A DNA stretch of 64,000 nucleotides from Blastocatellia bacterium (GTDB lineage Bacteria > Acidobacteriota > Blastocatellia > RBC074): contig DASRDU010000099.1 in the NCBI GenBank assembly GCA_035652435.1, positions 130,453 through 194,452 on the forward strand, given 5' to 3'. The notes under the pieces were generated by a model. It saw nothing but the letters and a program-made list of their open reading frames with translations. It was not told the DNA's origin and made no database searches. How positions within the stretch are numbered: position 1 is the first letter of the stretch; each line of letters starts with the position of its first letter. Below, in pieces: positions 10,550 to 18,300 of this stretch. A program made the position numbers and the translations under genes.

Positions 10550-11389
10550 ATGCCCGTCCGACTTTTAGCTCTCGATATAGACGGCACGCTGCTCAACTCG
10601 CGTGGTGAAATGACTCCGCGCGTGCGCGCGAGCCTTGAGGCTGCCCGCGAACGCGGGGTGCGGATCGCCCTCGTCACCGGCCGCCGCTTCCGCTCGGCGC
10701 GCCCGATTGCCCAGGAGCTGAATTGCGCCGTCCCGCTGATCTCGCACAACGGCGCGCTGACCAAAAATGTGACGACGCTCGAAACAATCGGCTACCACCC
10801 GCTCGACGCCGACATGACTCGCGAGATCATCCGGATCGGGCGCGCGTGCGGCGTGGATATGATCTGCTGCGACGACCCTGACGATCTGGGGGTGATGGTC
10901 TTGGAAGGCGTTTCGCCCGACAATCGGGCGCTCCATCATTACCTCGATAAGTATCGCGATTCGGTGGTCGAGGTGGCCGACCTGCTTGAGTACGTTGATC
11001 ACGACCCGATCCAGATTATGTTCTCGGGCTGCTGCGACCCGATGGACGAGTTCGCCGCTCACCTGCAGGCGGCGATGGACGGCGGGATTCAGCTTTTCAA
11101 AACCCGCTACCGCAGGGCCGACCTGACGATCCTCGACGCGCTCAGCACCGCGGCCTCAAAGGGCGCGGGCGTCGAAGCCATCGCCCGGGCGCACGGCATC
11201 GCGCGCGAAGAGGTGATGGCCGTCGGCGACAATCACAATGACCTGACGATGCTCAGCTTCGCCGGCATCGGCGTCGTGATGGGGAATGCCGAGGAAGAAC
11301 TGAAGCAGGCGGGTTTTGCGCTGACCGCGTCGAATGAAGAGGACGGCGTGGCCGAAGCCATCGAGCGTTTCATCCTGCAAGCCCAATGA
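10550..11389 (+). CDS. Cof-type HAD-IIB family hydrolase
   Basis: HAD motif [14 protein letters not shown]. Motif [14 protein letters not shown]. About 280 aa, typical of Cof/YidA-like phosphatases. Confidence 0.8.
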   Translation: MPVRLLALDIDGTLLNSRGEMTPRVRASLEAARERGVRIALVTGRRFRSARPIAQELNCAVPLISHNGALTKNVTTLETIGYHPLDADMTREIIRIGRACGVDMICCDDPDDLGVMVLEGVSPDNRALHHYLDKYRDSVVEVADLLEYVDHDPIQIMFSGCCDPMDEFAAHLQAAMDGGIQLFKTRYRRADLTILDALSTAASKGAGVEAIARAHGIAREEVMAVGDNHNDLTMLSFAGIGVVMGNAEEELKQAGFALTASNEEDGVAEAIERFILQAQ

Positions 11390-11417
11390 GAATCGGAAAA
11401 ATCCGGAGGAGAAATTT

Positions 11418-11858
11418 ATGGCTGATCGAACTGCAATCATCGAGACGAACAAGGGGACGATCAAATTCACGCTTTATGAAGCGGACGCGCCGATCACGAC
11501 GGCGAATTTCATCGGGCTGGCCGAGCGCGGCTTTTACGACGGGCTGACCTTCCACCGCGTCGAGCCGGGCTTCGTTATTCAGGGCGGTTGCCCGCAGGGC
11601 ACCGGGACGGGCGGCTCGGACAAGCGGATCAAACTCGAAGTCAGCCCGAAGCTGAAGCACGGCGAGGCGGGCGCCGTCGCGATGGCGCGCTCGTCCGACC
11701 CGAACAGCGCCAGCTCGCAGTTTTACATCACGCTCGGCCCGGCGTCATTCCTTGATATGAATTACGCAGTCTTCGGCCGCGTGACCGAAGGGATGGATGT
11801 CGTCGAGCGGATTCGCGTCGGCGACAAAATGAACAGCGTGCGAATCGCTGCGGAATAG
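11418..11858 (+). CDS. Cyclophilin-type peptidyl-prolyl cis-trans isomerase
   Basis: [22 protein letters not shown] and [17 protein letters not shown] are cyclophilin signatures. GGAGG precedes the ATG at 11418. The listed ORF start at 11334 is upstream and overlaps the Cof gene. Confidence 0.85.
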   Translation: MADRTAIIETNKGTIKFTLYEADAPITTANFIGLAERGFYDGLTFHRVEPGFVIQGGCPQGTGTGGSDKRIKLEVSPKLKHGEAGAVAMARSSDPNSASSQFYITLGPASFLDMNYAVFGRVTEGMDVVERIRVGDKMNSVRIAAE

Positions 11859-11972
11859 CAGATAAGGAGGCTTGACATCCGCCTGAACAACGGATGTCGA
11901 GCCTGCCAAGGCAGATCGTCACGAGCTTCATGACCTTGGTCATTGAAGCTGGAGATGTCCGACACCGTCTCG

Positions 11973-12338
11973 TTACGGCTTCTTCTGTGGCGGCGCTGGT
12001 TTCGGCTTGGCCGCAACCGTGATGTTGTTGGTGACGGACTTTGCGCCACAGGCTTTGGCCGATCTGGTTGCGCCACCCTTGGCCCCGGCGCTCGAAGCTT
12101 CACCGGTCAGCGTTGCCACTCCGTCACTGACTGCCGCGCTCCCGTTAGTGACAGTCTTCGAAGCCGCGAGCTTATCCGAGATGCACTTCTGAATGTCGGC
12201 GTCGCTCTTCGGCGCGGCTGCGGCCTTGGCGGGCTTGGCCGCTTTGGGCTTTTTAGCGGTCATCTCCTGCGCTGCGGCGCTCAGGGTCAGCAAAGACATC
12301 AGGGTAATAACACTTGCCGCAATAAAAAGTCTCTTCAT
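11973..12338 (-). CDS. Secreted BON-domain protein (OsmY-like) with Lys/Ala/Pro-rich tail
   Basis: Signal peptide MKRLFIAASVITLMSLLTLSAAA. The VSDGVATLTGEASS...AKSVTNNITV pattern resembles a BON domain. Confidence 0.55.
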   Translation of the reverse strand: MKRLFIAASVITLMSLLTLSAAAQEMTAKKPKAAKPAKAAAAPKSDADIQKCISDKLAASKTVTNGSAAVSDGVATLTGEASSAGAKGGATRSAKACGAKSVTNNITVAAKPKPAPPQKKP

Positions 12339-12637
12339 TGTTTTCTCCTGTACAGGTTGTTATGGAAAGCCACACGACCGGCGATGACGGTGAATCGTTG
12401 CACCGTCGCCAAGCCGAACGATGCGGCTGTTCCGCAGGGTTGTTGTTGAGATTGATGGATCAGGAAGCCACCGCAAAATCTCGTGAGGAGTTATCCCGTC
12501 CAGCCGTCCAGATCATCTCATCAGCAGAAATGATGACTCTTCGCACTGGCGCTTCCATTTCTTAGTGAGAATCCGCGGCAAAAGGTTTCGCCCTGGTAAC
12601 GGGGTTTTGAAAAAAATCTCTCTGAGGCCGGACAGGC

Positions 12638-13543
12638 TCAACGCGAAACCTGTTCCTTGTCAGTTTCGCGGGGGGCGAAACGTTCGGTCGGGTCTTCAGT
12701 GATGCTCGCCACCGGGCTGATGTTCCGGTCGCGGTTGAATTCGTTGGTGTCAGGTGAACTCGGTGACGGCTCAGGGATGGCAGAAGCTGCTGCCGGGGCG
12801 ACATAACTCTGCGGAGGTTGTGCTGCCGCCAGCCTCTGATTCAGTTCGAGGACGACCGCATCAACCGGATTCTCGGTCGGTTTTGCGGGGAAGAAAATTC
12901 CATTGAACAGGTGCGCGAAGCCTTTGGCGACGGGAATCAGCCCGAAAACCCAGAGCGCCTGAAGCACCGGAATCAGACTGCCGCCGGTGAGCTGGAGTTC
13001 GCCTTTTTGCACGATCAGCTGTTCGAGGCCGGCGAGCAGCCCCGACTGACCGGCGGTGTTCAGGAAGTAATAAAGGGCCGCGCTCATCGCGCTGCCGCCG
13101 AAGATCGAAAGCGCCGCCTGCTGGAGGCTGTGCTGGCGCGAGCTGCCGCCTTTGACCTGTTTGATTTTGATCGGGATTGGTTTCGTCGAGACCGGAATTG
13201 CCGGCACGCCGGTGATTGAAGAGTCAGCGATTGATTCCTTGATTCTGCGCTCGATCTCTTCGCGTTCCGCCTTTTTCCAGTGCTTCCATTTGCCATGCTC
13301 CTGCCAGCCGGACATGTTCCGGTTATGCTTGAATTGCTGCGTCTTCCTGAAATTCTGGTGAACCTCTTCAAAGCTGCTGCGCAGGCTCTGGCCGAGCTGG
13401 CGCAAATCTTCCTTCAGCGAATCAAAGTCCAGCGCCGTGCGCTTGCCTTCCATCGCATCCACGAGGATGGCAAGGTTGGTCCCGCACTGGCGACAGAAGC
13501 GCTGTCCTTCGGCTGACGGGCTGGCACATTTCGGGCAGAACAT
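12638..13543 (-). CDS. Zinc-ribbon (CPKC...CRQC) membrane protein, hypothetical
   Basis: N-terminal MFCPKCASPSAEGQRFCRQCG zinc ribbon. Two or three hydrophobic segments follow (ALYYFLNTAGQSGLLAGL; LIPVLQALWVFGLIPVAKGF), then a Pro/Ser-rich tail. Confidence 0.6.
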   Translation of the reverse strand: MFCPKCASPSAEGQRFCRQCGTNLAILVDAMEGKRTALDFDSLKEDLRQLGQSLRSSFEEVHQNFRKTQQFKHNRNMSGWQEHGKWKHWKKAEREEIERRIKESIADSSITGVPAIPVSTKPIPIKIKQVKGGSSRQHSLQQAALSIFGGSAMSAALYYFLNTAGQSGLLAGLEQLIVQKGELQLTGGSLIPVLQALWVFGLIPVAKGFAHLFNGIFFPAKPTENPVDAVVLELNQRLAAAQPPQSYVAPAAASAIPEPSPSSPDTNEFNRDRNISPVASITEDPTERFAPRETDKEQVSR

Positions 13544-13599
13544 AAGCTCACCTCCAGATCAGGCCATACGCAGCGGCGCGGCGGCGGGTTCAGGTAAAA

Positions 13600-13730
13600 A
13601 CCGACGGGGAGCGGGGGACAAGGAGAGAAGGGGAAGGGAAGACAAGGAGAGGGAGAAAATAAATCAATCTCCTGTTCTCCCCCTCCCCCTATCCCCTTCC
13701 CTCTTCACTTCCTCACATAACCCGCCCTGA
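13600..13730. repeat. Homopurine (GA-rich) tract followed by a homopyrimidine (TC-rich) tract; imperfect long inverted/mirror repeat
   Basis: GGGAGCGGGGGACAAGGAGAGAAGGGGAAGGGAAGACAAGGAGAGGGAG ... CTCCTGTTCTCCCCCTCCCCCTATCCCCTTCCCTCTTCACTTCCTC. It lies between the queF stop and the upstream side of the zinc-ribbon gene. Confidence 0.6.
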
Positions 13731-14175
13731 TCATCGTCCTGATGTTACCGCGCACGTGGAAGTCGCCTTCGATGCGGACTTCGAGCGGGTCGCAGGCGGC
13801 GACGAAGTCCTGGAGAATCTGGTTGACGACGTGTTCGTGAAAGATTTTTACGTCGCGGTATGAATTGATGTACAGCTTGAGCGACTTGAGTTCGATGCAC
13901 CGCTCGTTCGGCACGTACATCAGGTTGATCGTGGCGAAGTCGGGGAAGTCCGAGAACGGGCAGATGGCCGTGAATTCCGGCATCGAGAAATTGATCTCGA
14001 TCCTTTTACCCGGATACTCATAGGCGAAGGTATCGAGCGGGTAAAGATTCATCTCCTCCCGCAGCGTCGAGCGGATTTCGAGGCTCGCTACCGGCGAGAC
14101 TTCCTTCACCGCGGGCAATCGCTTGCGGGCCGTCCTGCCGCTGGTACGTTTTACTGCGCGTTTCTCTGCTTTCAT
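13705..14175 (-). CDS. queF: NADPH-dependent 7-cyano-7-deazaguanine (preQ0) reductase QueF
   Basis: [17 protein letters not shown] and the ELKSLKLY motif. Start at the ATG at 14175 (MKAEKRAV), with GGGAG upstream. The listed ORF runs a further 103 codons upstream through R/S/A-rich sequence; I treat that extension as an artefact. Confidence 0.85.
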   Translation of the reverse strand: MKAEKRAVKRTSGRTARKRLPAVKEVSPVASLEIRSTLREEMNLYPLDTFAYEYPGKRIEINFSMPEFTAICPFSDFPDFATINLMYVPNERCIELKSLKLYINSYRDVKIFHEHVVNQILQDFVAACDPLEVRIEGDFHVRGNIRTMIRAGYVRK

Positions 14176-14200
14176 CACTGCTCCCTGTCCTCTTGCCTGA

Positions 14201-15154
14201 CTACTGCTGCAACTCTTCAACGATCTCTTCCGCGATCCGCCGCGCCTCGTCGAGCTTCTCCGGCGCGAGCGAAATCGCGGCGACCACTGCATGGCCGCCG
14301 CCGCCGTAGCGTTCGCAGATCTTCGCCAGATCGTGCGTGCGCGGGCGCGGCGCCCATGGGTTCGAGCCGACCGAAATCTTTGAGCGGAACGTTGACTGGC
14401 TGACGCTGACGCTGTAGACGCTCGCCGGGTGCAGGTAGTACGGGATGAACTTGCTGTAACCTTCCATGTCGTGCCCGGCCACATCGAAGAACACGACCGG
14501 CCCGCGCATCCGCGCCGCCTGCCGGATGATTTCGAGCGCGCGCAGGTGACGCTGGTAAAGCGGCTCGATGCGCTCCTGAACGTAATCGGCAGCCGCCACC
14601 TCGCCGAGGGGCTTGCGCTGCAAATCCCTGATGATGCGCTCGACGAGCGGCAGGTGTCGCTCGTTTTCGATCACCAGTGCGAGCCTGAGCGCCGGCGATT
14701 TCATCTCGACCGCTTCGGCGGCCGATTCGTAAAACGCGCCGTCAATCTTGTCGGCCCACCGGATCAGCTCACTCATCGGCGCCGTGTCGAAGCCGAATTT
14801 ATCCCGCGCCACGGCGGCGATGAATCCGGTGCAGGATTTGAAAGTCGCGTCCACGAACTTTTTGCCGCTCGTGTCGGCTCTGAAATGCGCTTCGTCTTCC
14901 GGCGTCAGGAAGGCGCTCTTGTGGTGATCGAACCACCACGTCAGCCGGGGCGAGGGGCTGTACTTGAAATCCACGACGGCATTTTCATCGCCGTCGAAAT
15001 CCTTGTCATCAAACAAAGCCCCGGCGCGGTGCATCATCGGCTGAAAGGCCTGCTCCCAGTCCGGGTGCACGCGCTCGCGGTAAAACCGCCCGAAGACGGC
15101 GGCCGAAGAGACTCCGTCAAAACAATTCCCGTGGTAACAAATCCTGATCTTCAT
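14201..15154 (-). CDS. DHH/DHHA1 family phosphoesterase (NrnA-like)
   Basis: N-terminal HGNCFDG, a DHH motif (FDHHK), and the DHHA1 GGGH motif ([14 protein letters not shown]). Confidence 0.7.
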   Translation of the reverse strand: MKIRICYHGNCFDGVSSAAVFGRFYRERVHPDWEQAFQPMMHRAGALFDDKDFDGDENAVVDFKYSPSPRLTWWFDHHKSAFLTPEDEAHFRADTSGKKFVDATFKSCTGFIAAVARDKFGFDTAPMSELIRWADKIDGAFYESAAEAVEMKSPALRLALVIENERHLPLVERIIRDLQRKPLGEVAAADYVQERIEPLYQRHLRALEIIRQAARMRGPVVFFDVAGHDMEGYSKFIPYYLHPASVYSVSVSQSTFRSKISVGSNPWAPRPRTHDLAKICERYGGGGHAVVAAISLAPEKLDEARRIAEEIVEELQQ

Positions 15155-15366
15155 GCGATGTTTGTCAGTCTGTGGTTCTGAAGGCCAGCGTCGTCAGGCG
15201 AAGTATGCGTCAGCTTAAGCCGACCGAAGACCATGATGCAAGTGGGGGAAGTTTGATTGAATTTGCCGCCGCGTCTGGCTTATGCTGCCTGCGCTCTTCA
15301 GCGGCTAACGGCCGCATCGCTCGACAGCCAGGCTCCGGAATAAACATTACCCCCGATCTGAGGACA

Positions 15367-18300
15367 ATGCCCATGCGTCTCAACCGTCACCTCACCGCCT
15401 CGCTTTTCCTGATTTTCCTGCTGTGTTTCAGCCTCGCGCCCTTCGGGTTCGCGCAAAGCGGGGAAGGCGCCGACCACGGCGCGCGCGCGTCGCAGTGGGA
15501 TGGTTACCCGCTGCCACCGGGCCAGTCCGTCCGGTACGTGGACAAGGCCAAAGGCTGGTGGCTCTGGCGGCCCGCCGCGTGGGGCGAGACGAAGAACGGC
15601 GATAAGACGGTCGTTTTCACTGACCGCGACCGCAAGGCCAGTCTGACGGTAATGACCGAAGACGTCCCCGAAGGTTATGGCATCGCGAATTATGCGACTT
15701 CCTTCGTGCAGCAGCTTCGCTACCAGCAGGTCAATCTGGACACTGTGGCCGTCAGGCGCGTCTGGCCGGGCGGGGTCGAGGGGCGGGAAATCACGCTGGA
15801 GCTGGAACGCTCACCCGGCGATGTCGTCCGCGAGACCGTCTGGATGGCCGAGGCCGGGCCGCAGGTCTATCTCTTCATCTTCGTCGCGCCAGTCGAAGAA
15901 CACGAAAAGCAGGAGCCGCTTTTCAAGCGGATGATGCTCTCCGTCAGGGTCGGCGCGGCGGGGCACTGGGATGAGACGTTCGAGAAACAGAGAGAACATT
16001 TCGCCGGGTTGGGGAAACAGGATTCCGGCGCGGGTAAAACGGAGAATGCCGTCGGCCCCGAAGTCGAAGCCGCCCTGATCGCCAGCTCGATCCGGACCGG
16101 ACAAGGTCCGAGCGCCAGCCTTGCACAGCGGCTGTCCGCGCTGCTTGATCGCGCCCCCGACGCCGTCCTTGATCTGATGACCGATCACGACCCGCAGGTG
16201 CGCGCGGCTGCCGTGCGGGCTTTCAGCAGGCTTAAAGATCCCTTCATGCCCAACATACTGGTCTGGGCAATGATGGACAACGACGCTTATTGCAGCTCCA
16301 TCGCCGCTCAGGCTCTGGCGGGAGAGGTGACCGACTCCGGTTACCTGACGATGATATTTGTTAAGAACGCACTGCCGATGCTGTCTGAAACCGCCGGGGC
16401 GATTCTCAATCTGGCCGCCTCGCTCAGCGACGACAGGGCACGCGTGATGGCGGACGAACTGCTCAACAGCGACAACAGCAGAGCCAGGGTCGCCGGATTG
16501 CATCTGGCCATCACGCTGCCGCTCAGGGGGCTGCAACTGCCCGTGGCGAAGCTGCTGCAATCCAAAGACCAGCAGTTCCTCCCGCTGCTGGCCGAAGCCG
16601 TCAGGCTCAGGCAGGGCGGCTCGACCGTGCCCGAATTGCTGAAGCTTTTGAAGGCCGAAACCGAATACGGTGCCGCGCGACTGCTCGGCGAAGTCGCGCC
16701 CGCGGAAGTGGCGGCGCAACTGGAACAGCGAATCAAAGAGATTGACGCGCGGCTGGAGAAGATCGCCCCGGCTCTCAAACCCGGTGTCACTTCCACCTTC
16801 ACCCCCACGGGGGTTCCAAAGAAGGGGGCAGGCAAGGGGAAGGACATCACCGTGCGCGCGGCGCCACCACCAATGCCGGCCAAACCGCGCCCGGAAGACC
16901 TGGAGGCATTCAGGATTGCCGAAGCGCGCGGCGCACTCGTGACCGCGGTAGACAAGATCAGATTCCGCGACCGATACGCCAGGGCCAAAGACGGAAGCGA
17001 ACGCATTGCGATTTATAACGAAGCTCGTAATGACAGTTTCCTGGCCGACTGGGCTGAAATATCTCTGCGCTCGTCTTCCACAGCAAAGGCCGAGCCCGCC
17101 GGCATCGCAATTGACACGGCAAAACTCGGTGACGCGCCGACGACCGGCGAGACGCTCTTCCCCGCGGATTCCACGCTCTACCTGATGGCCCCGAATTTCG
17201 AGCAGACGCTCGCCCGGCTCGATGCCGCGCTCTCCGGCGTGCAGATGGAGACCGTGCGGGATCAGATGACGTTCGCGCTGCTGTTCAAAACAATGAAGGC
17301 GGGGCTGGCAGGCAGCATCAATGCGGGCAACGCAGGCAGCGTCAGTGCCGCACTCGGGCTCGATCTGAAATCTCCCCTCGCCGTGGCCCGATGGAATTCA
17401 GGCAGTGGCGGTGGCGGGATGACCGCGCACAGCGCGGTTCTGGCGCGCGTCACCGACCGCGCCCGCTTCGAGCGGATGCTCGGCCTTTACGAACAGCAGG
17501 TCGGCGGCTTCGATTCCTTCGCCACGGTCTCTTCCGCCGTGACCCGTTTTGCGGGGATTATCCCGGCAGCCGTCCCGCTGGCGATGGCCGCCGCATTCAG
17601 CGACGCAGGCCTTCAGACCAGAGGCAGAATCAAACGCCACCTCGCGTCCGCCATGTATTTCCGCCGCGAGCAGATCGGCAGTTTGCCCGCGACCGTGATC
17701 GAAAAGCTGATGACCACGACGCAGCACGTCACCGAACGCGAACGGATTTGCGTCGCTTACCTTGACACGACGGCGGTCATCACGCCGTCGCGTGCCGCCC
17801 TGATTGACCTGCTCAATAATTCAAACTCCCGCCCGGCCGTCGCGCAGAGCGCGAGCTTCACGCAGGCCCGCGCCGAAGCGGGCGAGGTGATCTTCTTCAG
17901 CCGGCCTGACCGTCTGTACCGCGATTCGATTGCCTCAGGGACCGCGGTCGAAGATCTCGTGGTCGAGGCCCTGACCAAAGCGCTCGGCCCGGAAACCGGC
18001 GCGCTGCGCCTGACCCCGACGACATGGGAGACGGTCTTTCACCTGAATCTGCAGAACAGCGACTGGCTGAAAAGTTTCAGGCCGTTCGCGGCGAAGGAAC
18101 TGGCCGCGCCGCGCGACCTGCTGCCCGATACGACGCTCGTTTATGCCGGGACGGTCTTCGACCCGGCGAATCTGATCAAGGCGCTCAAATCTCTCGAATC
18201 GCTGCCGTCCCCAAAGAAGGAGGAAGAAAAGAAAGATCCGGAGAAGAAGAAAAAGGAGAAGCAGTTCGACGACGAAGTGGCACAGGTGCTGGTCCCGAAC

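Noticed and set aside
14176-14484. N-terminal 103-codon extension of the queF ORF ([10 protein letters not shown]...)
   Set aside because: The extension is Arg/Ser/Ala-rich junk, overlaps the 3' end of the DHH phosphoesterase gene, and lacks an RBS. The internal Met at 14175 has a GGGAG RBS and gives a normal-length QueF.
15172-15366. Upstream start of the giant ORF at 15172 ([11 protein letters not shown]...)
   Set aside because: A classic signal peptide begins at the Met at 15367 with a GAGGA RBS. The upstream 65 codons would place a charged segment before the signal peptide and overlap the divergent promoter region.
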